A DNA stretch of 17,405 nt from Burkholderiaceae bacterium (GCA_046597185.1 JBKJLF010000370.1:1-17405); one strand, 5' to 3'; positions 7,231-14,769 are shown, counted from the first letter of the stretch. Made by a program: numbers and translations. Notes: generated from the letters alone by a model not told the origin.

Positions 7231-7375
7231 GGAAGCTCCCCCACAGTATCACGCGATTTTAACAGGGTACGGTGGGGTTGAACGGGGAATTAGCGGGGGA
7301 ATAAGGGTTCTGTTTTAAAATACAAATACCCGGCACTTATTATTTTTTGCCGATATTTCGTTTAAACTGCTTTGC

Positions 7376-7987
7376 ATGAACAAATTGTATACTCCCGCCA
7401 TCCTCACCCTTACCCAAAACAAGGGCTTGTTGCGTCCGCGTGACCTACGCGCAGCGGGCTTGCCGCGCACGGCTTTGGCGCACATGGTAGCGCAGGGGCA
7501 ACTGCTCAAGCTTGGGCACGGCCTGTATGCGCACCCGGAACGCACGCCCGACGCGCACGAGGCGCTGGCCGAAGTGGCGATCAAAAGTGCACAAGGGGTG
7601 GTGTGCTTGATTTCTGCTTTGCGGTTTCATAATCTCACCACTCAGCAATCCGCTGCCGTTTGGCTGGCCATTCCACACAAGGCGCACCCGCCCCGGCTGG
7701 CCTACCCCCGCTTGCAATTGGTACGGATGTCAGGTAGTGCCATGATCGAAGGAATCGAGGTGGTTGATGTGAATGGCGTGGCCGTGCGTGTGTTTTGCCT
7801 GGCCAAAACGGTGGTTGATTGTTTTAAATATCGCAATAAGATTGGGTTGGATGTGGCCCTGGAAGCGCTGCGCGAAGCGATCAACGGTCAGCGTGTAACA
7901 CAGGATGAGCTGTGGCATTATGCCAGCTTGTGCCGGGTGGCCAATGTGATGCGGCCATATATGGAAATAATGGGTGCGTTGGGGTGA
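7376..7987 (+). CDS. AbiEi-family (type IV toxin-antitoxin / abortive-infection antitoxin-like) winged-HTH protein, 203 aa.
   Basis: The N-terminus LTLTQNKGLLRPRDLRAAGLPRTALAHMVAQGQLLKLGHGLYAHPE matches the AbiEi_4 wHTH pattern (G.v.r.dL...G......l...v..G.L.r...GvY). The C-terminal domain is ...GVVCLISALRFHNLTTQ... The gene is transcribed divergently from the SPFH/kinase operon across a 145-bp AT-rich gap. Confidence 0.75.
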   Translation: MNKLYTPAILTLTQNKGLLRPRDLRAAGLPRTALAHMVAQGQLLKLGHGLYAHPERTPDAHEALAEVAIKSAQGVVCLISALRFHNLTTQQSAAVWLAIPHKAHPPRLAYPRLQLVRMSGSAMIEGIEVVDVNGVAVRVFCLAKTVVDCFKYRNKIGLDVALEALREAINGQRVTQDELWHYASLCRVANVMRPYMEIMGALG

Positions 7988-8284
7988 CGATGACAAAAAA
8001 TTGGTTGGCTGGCGCGCCATTGATGGAAGTAGTTGACGTGTTGCGAATATTGTTGGAAGAATGAAATGGGGATACCAAATTTGAAGTGTAACGCCTATTG
8101 CAATCGCGAATCGAACCCCAAAAACCTCAGCTTACTTAAGCAAAGCGATCCGTTCAACTTCCTAGCAGCCTGTCGGAGATAAGGCAAAAAAAGACTCAAA
8201 AATTAACCACTTGAGCGATAAAAAATGTATAATATTGCTTATAAATATAATAGATCACTTTTGCCATGACCAATTTCATCCCAT

Positions 8285-8578
8285 CTACCCGCAACGCCTG
8301 TTTTTTATTCCCCCCAACAAATGTTGTGTGTAATGCCCGTTGAGCTAGCGCATGCCCGCCGACAAATTGGCGGCGGGCGTTTCGATCAGGATGTGATAAT
8401 GATTGCCCATTTGGCACCATACGTGGACAATCCAATTGAATCGTTCACAGACCAAGGCGAGTACGGTCAACCACGCGCGGCGGTCATCGTCGTCCCAAAA
8501 GATATCCTCCCGCCGATCCCCGCGTGAGGTGACGTGATATACCGCGCCAGCAAATTCAAGTCGTAGAGGTCGGGCCAC
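8285..8578 (-). pseudogene. IS200/IS605-like Y1 (HUH) transposase pseudogene (REP-associated tyrosine transposase-like).
   Basis: The 77-aa ORF MARPLRLEFAGAVYHVTSRGDRREDIFWDDDDRRAWLTVLALVCERFNWIVHVWCQMGNHYHILIETPAANLSAGMR matches the N-terminal half of about 230-aa Y1 transposases, including the HUH motif GNHYHIL. It ends at TAG (8345-8347). Homologues, as recalled, read RQLNGVYTQ there, and the next in-frame codons still read LNGHYTQ, so this is an in-frame nonsense codon (CAG to TAG). Similarity is lost after YTQ, which indicates a further frameshift or deletion. The C-terminal half is absent. Confidence 0.7.
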
Positions 8579-9014
8579 GGGGGCTGTTTAGCACATAGTT
8601 TGGGAAATGTTGGAATGTTAGAACTGCCCCTTACTCCCGCTCATTTGAGCCGTGGCTTTGGGGGGCATTACCGCGCTGTTTGCTTTGGGCTTGGTATTGA
8701 AGGCGATTTTGTAGTTTGGCTCAGCTTGGCCGTGCGCCAATCATTCGGGCTTGGTAAGGCAACCCGACAGCTTAATCAAATCAACGCAACCAGTTTGGCT
8801 TGCGCGATATTGATTTGCCAGATTTTGCAGGCATTGAAATTTTCTGCTCGTTTCTGTCAGCATGGCAGCGCTTACCTGTGGTTGTGTGCGAATCAATTAA
8901 TTGCATTCCATTGACTCAGTTGCATCACTGTTACACAGCCGTGCGACAGGTGGCCCAAGTGAATGTAACGGCTGTTATCGCCATATTCGATGGGGAACCA
9001 GACTTGATCGGCAA

Positions 9015-9242
9015 TCAAACCAGGTTCTTCTTCCCGGCGATCCGGCCTTTCATCGCCCCGTCGGCTACCGTAAAAAATGTCCGGCCATGATTTGATTCGA
9101 GAATTTGCAACTTGGTGTACTCAAGGAGCGGAAGCAAAGCATTGGATTTCCGCTCAAGCACATTCAACCACCCGGAGGCAGGGATTTTATTGACGTAGGC
9201 GGTCTTGGTGGGCAAGCTGGCATTGGCTAGGCGTTGGTTCAT
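9015..9242 (-). CDS. Hypothetical 75-aa ORF. It is overlapped by a third stop-free frame (8896..9120) and is probably part of a disrupted gene.
   Basis: Translationally coupled to the 9239..9550 ORF. A 73-codon open stretch in another frame (...SWPDIFYGSRRGDERPDRREEEPGLIADQVWFPIEYGDNSRYIHLGHLSHGCVTVMQLSQWNAIN) overlaps it and continues to 8896. Confidence 0.25.
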   Translation of the reverse strand: MNQRLANASLPTKTAYVNKIPASGWLNVLERKSNALLPLLEYTKLQILESNHGRTFFTVADGAMKGRIAGKKNLV

Positions 9243-9550
9243 ATTGGATTCGCTTTCAACATCAGAGCATCGGCAAGCTTCTGAAGTAATTTAAAATTCC
9301 CAGGTGAAAACGGATTGTCGTAAGTCTCAATTCGCTCAATAGAACTTGGGTCGGAAAATAATTCATTAATAATGGCAAGTTGCCTAAGGATTTGTGGCCT
9401 TAGTTTTTCTGTCTCCTTGGCGTTCATTTCATTTTCAATAATTTTATTTTTAATTAGTGCCTGCCAGAAAACCCTCTTTTTTAAAAAACGACTTCCTATA
9501 ATTTGGGCAGCCATTCCCGATTCATTAATTTTAGCACGACAAAATGGCAC
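9239..9550 (-). CDS. Hypothetical protein, 103 aa, in an AT-rich segment. Probably the first piece of a frameshifted gene remnant.
   Basis: ATG ORF in low-GC DNA. Its stop overlaps the start of the next ORF by ATGA. No family recognised. Confidence 0.3.
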   Translation of the reverse strand: MPFCRAKINESGMAAQIIGSRFLKKRVFWQALIKNKIIENEMNAKETEKLRPQILRQLAIINELFSDPSSIERIETYDNPFSPGNFKLLQKLADALMLKANPI

Positions 9551-9592
9551 TTCAAATCTAACGATGTGTTATCCAAGTAAAAACACAAAATT

Positions 9593-10192
9593 TTAAACGA
9601 GCAGATCCACCGACTTGCAATATCGATCATTAAAACTGTGGGAATTTTTACTATAACTATGCCGCCAATTTATCCGACGGCACCTATTTTGTGCGCTTTG
9701 CTTCACGCGCCAATTGCTGCTGTTCCTGCTGCCATAAAATGTGGCCGATCCGGTGGATGTTGCGCGCCACAATCGCCAACGCCACATAACATTTAAAGCC
9801 TTCGATGCCATGAGCCGGGCCAGATATGGGAAAAGCAACACCGCAGCAAGCCTGCTGCCCCGCCAGAACAGAACAATGGTTGCGGCGATAAGCGCCCAAA
9901 GTAGAAGTACTTCGGCGAAGGCCAGACCACCCTGATGCCAGACAAAGAACAACCAAGTCCATAGGGCGTTAGCGGCCAACTGGAAGATAAAGACAAGCAG
10001 CGCACTCTTGGCACCCGCAAAGCCTTGCGCTCGCCAAACCAGCCATGCGGATATGCCCATGAGCACGTAAAGCACCGACCAGACCGGGCCAAACAGCCAG
10101 CCCGGCGGTGCCCATGAAGGACGAATCAGCGCCCGATAGAATGTCCAAGCGCCACGACACCACACCGCGGGAATCAATAAAGTGTTCGACAA
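9593..10192 (-). CDS. tspO: TspO/MBR (tryptophan-rich sensory protein) homologue. It is N-terminally truncated and carries an atypical 55-aa C-terminal extension. Possibly a pseudogene.
   Basis: FYRALIRPSWAPPGWLFGPVWSVLYVLMGISAWLVWR, ...LWTWLFF... and FPYLA...LNVMWRWRL match the TspO pattern WY..L.KP.W.PP.W.F.PVW..LY..M..A...V and the C-terminal PYL...LN...RLN region. Only about 13 residues precede the WY motif, and they come from an alt-start TTG that overlaps the ycaO-fragment frame. TM1 is therefore missing. The ORF reads on through AT-rich DNA past the point where the TspO homology (about 158 aa in canonical TspO) ends. Confidence 0.5.
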   Translation of the reverse strand: MSNTLLIPAVWCRGAWTFYRALIRPSWAPPGWLFGPVWSVLYVLMGISAWLVWRAQGFAGAKSALLVFIFQLAANALWTWLFFVWHQGGLAFAEVLLLWALIAATIVLFWRGSRLAAVLLFPYLARLMASKALNVMWRWRLWRATSTGSATFYGSRNSSNWRVKQSAQNRCRRINWRHSYSKNSHSFNDRYCKSVDLLV

Positions 10193-10441
10193 AGTTATTG
10201 GGTTCGGTTACGGCATGGCTTTCAAAGGTGGGCGGGGGCAAGTCGTTGAGTCCTTCAAAGCTGCGGCCTTGCAGTAATTCGGTCAGGCTGCGCTCCAGCG
10301 CAACCTCCAGGCTGGGGTGCGCGCCAAAGGAAGCGAACACGCCGCCGGTGCGCGGGTTCATCAAGGTGACGCACATGACTGGATATTGCCCGCCTAACAG
10401 CATAGCCGAAAAATAGGGCATCGGTGTCAATCATCATTAAT
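10115..10441 (-). pseudogene. ycaO: Internal fragment of ycaO (YcaO-domain protein, ribosomal protein S12 methylthiotransferase accessory factor homologue). About 100 codons remain. The 5' two-thirds of the gene is missing.
   Basis: YFSAMLLGGQYPVMCVTLMNPRTGGVFASFGAHPSLEVALERSLTELLQGRSFEGLNDLPPPTFESHAVTEPNNFVEHFIDSRGVVSWRL aligns closely with my recollection of E. coli YcaO (...YDGSLGGQYPVICVVLFNPANGTCFASFGAHPDFGVALERTVTELLQGRGLKDLDVFTPPTF...HFIDSSGLISWDL...). The fragment begins abruptly next to the vapC stop (10442). It is followed, out of frame, by the tspO fragment. Confidence 0.7.
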
Positions 10442-10873
10442 TTATTGCACCAGATAAATCCCCACCCCCGCCTTGCTGGCAGCTTTACGCAAATCCTTGT
10501 CCAGCGTGGCTATCGGCAACTGGCATCGTCTGGCCAGTTCGAGATATTGGGCATCATAACCAGAGAGCCGAAATTCCCGCGATACGGCAGCAACTGCCAA
10601 TTGAATGGCAGCAGGTGAGGCAGCGTCAAGCCGGATTGGCAATTGGCCAAGTTGGTAGATAAAGCCGGTTACTGCGGACTCGCCAAAGCCATTGCGCTCT
10701 TCGGCGCAGCGCAATACGTGTATGGTTTCGGTGTACCAAAGCGCAGGTACGGTAGCATAGACCGTATCCAATGAATCGAGAACCAGATCGGCATAAACAC
10801 GATCAGCTTCCGACCCATCTTGCAATGCCCAGCGGATGGTAACCGAGGTATCCAGAACGAAACTGGTTTCCAT
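10442..10873 (-). CDS. vapC: PIN-domain ribonuclease toxin (VapC family), 143 aa.
   Basis: FVLDTSVTIRW (N-terminal Asp), ...YTETIHVL..., SGYDAQYLELA and PIATLDKDL supply the conserved acidic PIN residues. The start overlaps the antitoxin stop (ATGA at 10873). Confidence 0.85.
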   Translation of the reverse strand: METSFVLDTSVTIRWALQDGSEADRVYADLVLDSLDTVYATVPALWYTETIHVLRCAEERNGFGESAVTGFIYQLGQLPIRLDAASPAAIQLAVAAVSREFRLSGYDAQYLELARRCQLPIATLDKDLRKAASKAGVGIYLVQ

Positions 10874-11109
10874 TATTTACGGCCCTGCTGGCGCATTTCC
10901 GCAAAGCTTGCCTGATCAATCATGCCAACCCGTGTGGCTTTTATCGCTTTGATGGCCGCACGTGTTTGTTGTTCTGCACCGCTGGCGCTGGGCACAAGAT
11001 CAGCGACGGGCAAGCCACGATTGGTAATTGTAATTCTTTCGCCTTGTTGCACCTGTTTGATTAAGTCCGGCAATTTGGTTTTCGCCTCATAAATGCCATA
11101 TTCGCGCAT
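10873..11109 (-). CDS. Phd/YefM-family type II antitoxin, 78 aa.
   Basis: MREYGIYEAKTKLPDLIKQVQQGERITITNRGLPVADLVP matches the Phd/YefM N-terminal pattern (..eaK..l.eli..v..Ge.v.ItrrGkpvAvLv). It is translationally coupled to vapC. Confidence 0.8.
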   Translation of the reverse strand: MREYGIYEAKTKLPDLIKQVQQGERITITNRGLPVADLVPSASGAEQQTRAAIKAIKATRVGMIDQASFAEMRQQGRK

Positions 11110-11220
11110 GATTACCTCCAGCCATAGGTTTGATTAATATGGTCTAGTCTACCTGTCAGACCTAAACTATGCAAGCCGGAAATGATTCTATGCAGCGCAT
11201 AAGCGCTAAAGTACATTCAA

Positions 11221-11258
11221 TTCGTCTTCGCTGGTGAAGTTGGTGGCGAACACCACAA
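11221..11258. repeat. A 36-bp imperfect copy of an internal recR segment (tcgYcttcgctggtgaagttggtggcSaacaccac). The second copy lies inside recR at 11686..11721.
   Basis: Direct comparison shows 34/36 identical bases. On the minus strand the downstream copy would encode VVFATNFTSEDE, against [12 protein letters not shown] in recR. Homology stops abruptly at both ends. Confidence 0.6.
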
Positions 11259-11265
11259 TTGCAGC

Positions 11266-11502
11266 TTAATTAACCCCCATACCATTACATATCAAAGGTT
11301 GCGCTTTGCAATACGGCTCCAAGCTCAGAAAAACGGCTTTAGCAGCCACCTCGGGCGAAAAAATATGCCCGCCAAGCTTAAACTTCACCCACACACCTTT
11401 TTGCTTAATCAAACTTTTCAAAAATAGTTGTTGCCCATTAAAACGACTTGCTTGTAAATTGACGGGAATGATGAACTCACTCATATTCGCGTATGATTTC
11501 AT
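11266..11502 (-). CDS. Hypothetical 78-aa ORF in AT-rich DNA between the recR-like repeat and recR.
   Basis: ORF only. No recognisable motifs. May be non-coding. Confidence 0.2.
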   Translation of the reverse strand: MKSYANMSEFIIPVNLQASRFNGQQLFLKSLIKQKGVWVKFKLGGHIFSPEVAAKAVFLSLEPYCKAQPLICNGMGVN

Positions 11503-11538
11503 CCAGCCACGGCCAAGTACCAGGCTAAAGTAAAAGAT

Positions 11539-12141
11539 TCAAGTACTCCGCCGATCCAACATCGCACGCGCAATCGTGCCCGCATCCACATATTCCAGCT
11601 CGCCCCCAATCGGCACGCCACGCGCCAGCCGGCTCACGTGCAAACCACGCGCTTTTAAAATCTCACTAATATAATGCGCCGTGGCCTCGCCTTCGCTGGT
11701 GAAGTTGGTGGCCAACACCACTTCGGTCACCACGCCATCGCTGGCGCGATGCAGCAATTGTTCCAAATGCAAATCTTTCGGCAAAATACCATCCAAGGGC
11801 GAGAGATGCCCCATCAGCACGAAATACAAGCCTTTAAAGGTGAGGGTTTGCTCGATCATCACTTGATCCGCCGGGGTTTCCACCACGCACAGCAAATGCG
11901 GGTCGCGCCCATCGTCGGCGCAGGTGGCGCAGATTTCGGTTTCGGTGAAGGTGTTGCAATGGGCGCAATGCAACACGGTCTCGGTTGCGTTTTGCAAGGC
12001 CTCGGCCAATTGCAAAGCACCGCTGCGGTCGCGGTGCAGTAAATGAAATGCCATGCGCTGCGCCGTTTTGGGGCCAACGCCGGGCAGATGACGCAAAGCG
12101 TCAATCAGTTTTTCCAGACTGGTAGACGCTTTCACGCTCAA
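11539..12141 (-). CDS. recR: Recombination protein RecR.
   Basis: [17 protein letters not shown] (HhH), the C4 zinc finger [16 protein letters not shown], and the Toprim segment [21 protein letters not shown] are all present. The protein is collinear with E. coli RecR. Start is TTG 12141 or GTG 12135. Confidence 0.95.
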   Translation of the reverse strand: MSVKASTSLEKLIDALRHLPGVGPKTAQRMAFHLLHRDRSGALQLAEALQNATETVLHCAHCNTFTETEICATCADDGRDPHLLCVVETPADQVMIEQTLTFKGLYFVLMGHLSPLDGILPKDLHLEQLLHRASDGVVTEVVLATNFTSEGEATAHYISEILKARGLHVSRLARGVPIGGELEYVDAGTIARAMLDRRST

Positions 12142-12151
12142 GCCTTCATCA

Positions 12152-12478
12152 TTAAAACGGCATCTTGAAGCCGGGTGGCATCGGCATGCCCGCCGTTAAC
12201 GAACCCATTTTTTCAGCCGAGGTTTCTTCTGCCTTGCGCACCGCATCGTTAAATGCCGCAGTGACCAAATCTTCCAACATGTCTTTATCATCGGCCAACA
12301 GCGACGGGTCGATGGTGACGCGCTTGACCACGTTTTTGCACGTCATCAACACCTTCACCAAACCCGCACCGGATTGGCCTTCCACTTCCACCAGGGCCAG
12401 TTGATCCTGCGCCTTTTTCATATTGTCTTGCATTGCCTGAGCCTGTTTCATTAAACCGGCCAATTGGTTTTTCATCAT
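12152..12478 (-). CDS. ybaB: Nucleoid-associated protein YbaB/EbfC.
   Basis: [17 protein letters not shown]...[10 protein letters not shown]...[24 protein letters not shown]...PPGFKMPF is nearly collinear with E. coli YbaB. The ORF-track start at 12496 adds 6 residues. ATG 12478 is the more likely start. Confidence 0.95.
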   Translation of the reverse strand: MMKNQLAGLMKQAQAMQDNMKKAQDQLALVEVEGQSGAGLVKVLMTCKNVVKRVTIDPSLLADDKDMLEDLVTAAFNDAVRKAEETSAEKMGSLTAGMPMPPGFKMPF

Positions 12479-12519
12479 GGCATACTCCTTAATCAATCAT
12501 TAAAATCAGTCAAATCATG

Positions 12520-14727
12520 TCAGGCGGCGGCTGTTGCCGCTGCCGCCGCTGTTACTGCGCTTGCCGCCGCTGATATTACAATCGGGCGGATCGAATCCGG
12601 TACCAGGGTTGCGCCAAATTCGCGCATCAAACTTCTTACAAATGGATCAGAGCGAATCGCTTTCTCTGCTTCTTTTTGCCGCTCCAGACGCACCGCCTCG
12701 GCACGTTGGTGCGCACTGTGCCAGGCCGGGCCCATTTCGGTTTTAATTCGTATCACGCGCTGAAAATGCTCGCACAGCACCGCCTCCAGTTTTTCGGTAT
12801 TGGCGGGAGAACACAAGGTTTCCAGCCGGCAGCGCAACACCCATTCAAAGGCATTACCATCTTGCACCACTCTTTGCAATTCGGTTTGCCAAGCAAATTG
12901 CTGCAACACGCCGCGCACGGGTAAGCCTGCAGCCAAGGTGGGCCAATCGCCATCCCAATCGCCCATCGGGTGCAATTCAAACGGCGGTGCCACGGCTTCC
13001 GGTTCGGGCGTGGTCACGTATTCCGGCACCGGGGCGACCGGTGCATTGGCGCGCGCTGCAGCCTTGGCGGTAATTTGCGAGGCAATGCGCAAGGCGGCGT
13101 CGGCGGCGTCTTGCTGAGCTTTGCTTATGGGGCCGCGTCTGCCGGGTTCGGCGGCGTCAAATTCAGTTTTTTTTTGAGCCGTACTGTAATCAGTATCAAA
13201 ATCAGGTGGCAATGCGGGCGGTGGCTCGGAAGTAAATTCCGGCATCTCGTTGTCGGGTGAGCGCACTCGCTGGGGCGGCTGGACGGGTTGCTGGGCAGGT
13301 TGCTGAGGTGGCTGTTGCGGTGGCTGCTGAGCTGGCGCAGCTTGTTGAACGGGCTGCGCTACAACTTGCGGGCGCGGTGTCGGTGCCGTGGTGCCGCGTG
13401 CCGCGTGCAAAGCGGCCATGACCGGACTAACGCGACCCGCATTCGAATTTCCCGCAGCGGCAGCCGCCGCATTATTGGCAACATGATTGGCCACAGGTGC
13501 GACCGGGCTGGTTGCAGCGCGGGTCGATGCTGGCGCGGGCGCTGCTGCAGGTGCGCTGGCCGGGCGTGGGCGCGCTGGCGTGGGCACAATCGGCGCAGCC
13601 GCTGGCGGCAAACTTTGGCTGCCCAAAGCACTGGGCCGAAACGCCAGCATGCGCAGCAAGGTCATACTAAAACCGGCGTATTCATCCGGTGCCAAACCCA
13701 TTTCCTGCTTGCCATGCAAGGCAATCTGGTAATACAACTGCACTTCTTCGGCATCAAACACCTGGGCCAGGCGCAAAATCTCTTCGCGCTCAGGCCAGTC
13801 CGGCGGCAAGCCGGTGGGCACAATTTGCGCCAGCGCAACGCGGTGCAACAGGCTGGCCAAATCCTGCAAGGCGGTTTGAAACGACAGGCTGCGCGTACTC
13901 ATGGCGTCGGCCAGAGCCAATAAACCCGGCCCGTCTTCTGCGGCCAAGGCATCCAAAATTTGCACCAAAAAACTTTGATCCAGCGCACCCAACATGCCCT
14001 GCACCGCTTCCAAAGTGACGGTGCCCGCCGCATAGGCAATGGCTTGATCAGTCAAGGACAAGGCGTCCCGCATCGAGCCTTGCGCACCTTGCGCCAACAA
14101 GCGCAGCGCAGGCAATTCAAAGGCAATCGACTCTTGCCCCAGAATATTTTCCAGATGGCTGATGATGTGGGCCGGCGGCATTTGCTTGAGGTTGAACTGC
14201 AAGCAGCGCGAGAGCACGGTAACCGGGATTTTTTGTGGATCGGTAGTAGCGAGGATGAATTTGACATGGGCCGGCGGCTCTTCCAGCGTCTTCAACATCG
14301 AGTTGAAGGCGGTATTGGTGAGCATGTGGACTTCGTCGATCATATACACTTTGAAACGCGCATTCGAGGGCGAATACACCGCCTGCTCCAATAGTTGCGC
14401 CATTTCATCCACACCCCGGTTGGAGGCGGCATCCATTTCAATGTAATCGACAAAACGCCCGGCATCAATCGCCACACAGGCTTCGCACACACCACAAGGC
14501 TCAGCGGTAATGCCGCCCTGCCCGTCTGCCCCCAAACAATTGAATGATTTGGCCAAGATGCGCGACAACGTGGTTTTGCCCACCCCGCGCGTACCCGTGA
14601 ACAGGTAGGCATGATGCAAGCGCCCGCTCTCAAGCGCATGCGTCAGGGCGCGCACGACGTGCTCTTGCCCGACCAGGGTGTCGAAACTTTTGGGACGATA
14701 TTTGCGGGCGAGGACTTGATAGGACAT
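12520..14727 (-). CDS. dnaX: DNA polymerase III subunits tau (full length, 735 aa) and probably gamma (via a -1 frameshift).
   Basis: MSYQVLARKYRPKSFDTLVGQEHV..., the Walker A GTRGVGKT, the zinc module CGVCEACV, the motif SRC, and a Pro/Ala/Gln-rich linker are present. The C-terminal domains resemble tau domains IV-V. Confidence 0.95.
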   Translation of the reverse strand: MSYQVLARKYRPKSFDTLVGQEHVVRALTHALESGRLHHAYLFTGTRGVGKTTLSRILAKSFNCLGADGQGGITAEPCGVCEACVAIDAGRFVDYIEMDAASNRGVDEMAQLLEQAVYSPSNARFKVYMIDEVHMLTNTAFNSMLKTLEEPPAHVKFILATTDPQKIPVTVLSRCLQFNLKQMPPAHIISHLENILGQESIAFELPALRLLAQGAQGSMRDALSLTDQAIAYAAGTVTLEAVQGMLGALDQSFLVQILDALAAEDGPGLLALADAMSTRSLSFQTALQDLASLLHRVALAQIVPTGLPPDWPEREEILRLAQVFDAEEVQLYYQIALHGKQEMGLAPDEYAGFSMTLLRMLAFRPSALGSQSLPPAAAPIVPTPARPRPASAPAAAPAPASTRAATSPVAPVANHVANNAAAAAAGNSNAGRVSPVMAALHAARGTTAPTPRPQVVAQPVQQAAPAQQPPQQPPQQPAQQPVQPPQRVRSPDNEMPEFTSEPPPALPPDFDTDYSTAQKKTEFDAAEPGRRGPISKAQQDAADAALRIASQITAKAAARANAPVAPVPEYVTTPEPEAVAPPFELHPMGDWDGDWPTLAAGLPVRGVLQQFAWQTELQRVVQDGNAFEWVLRCRLETLCSPANTEKLEAVLCEHFQRVIRIKTEMGPAWHSAHQRAEAVRLERQKEAEKAIRSDPFVRSLMREFGATLVPDSIRPIVISAAASAVTAAAAATAAA
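13167..13175 (-). other. Putative programmed -1 ribosomal frameshift site in dnaX (A AAA AAA slippery run). It would produce the gamma subunit.
   Basis: Nine consecutive T on the plus strand give GCU CAA AAA AAA ACU GAA on the mRNA (..AQKKTE..). A -1 slip on A_AAA_AAA reads AAC then UGA, so the product ends ...QKKN-stop after about 519 residues, just past the linker. This is the same logic as E. coli dnaX (A AAA AAG leading to ..KKE-stop). A short GC-rich hairpin (GCCGC...GCGGC) may lie downstream. Confidence 0.5.
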
Positions 14728-14769
14728 TTCTGCGAGCTGACCGATGACTATGAAACTTCAACAGAACTT

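Noticed and set aside
8100-8175. tRNA-like T-loop motif (GGGGTTCGATTCG on the minus strand, around 8108-8120) that could mark a tRNA or tRNA-fragment integration site.
   Set aside because: No complementary T-stem, acceptor stem or anticodon arm could be built around it. It is probably a chance match to GGTTCGAWTCC.
8600-8914. The 104-aa plus-strand ORF 8600..8914 and its overlapping neighbours in the region between the transposase pseudogene and the three-frame remnant.
   Set aside because: No motifs, weak coding look and no SD. The region is more plausibly degraded non-coding remnant.
9969-10192. C-terminal half of the 153-aa ORF 9969..10430 (...MGTAGLAVWPGLVGALRAHGHIRMAG...).
   Set aside because: YcaO similarity stops near 10115-10150. 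The remainder is read-through in a frame that overlaps the TspO-homologous frame and has a Gly/Ala/Arg-biased composition. Only 10115..10441 is kept as the ycaO fragment.
11674-12104. ORFs 11674..12042 (+), 11681..11866 (+) and 11859..12104 (-) inside recR.
   Set aside because: They are alternate frames of a gene with a full-length RecR match.
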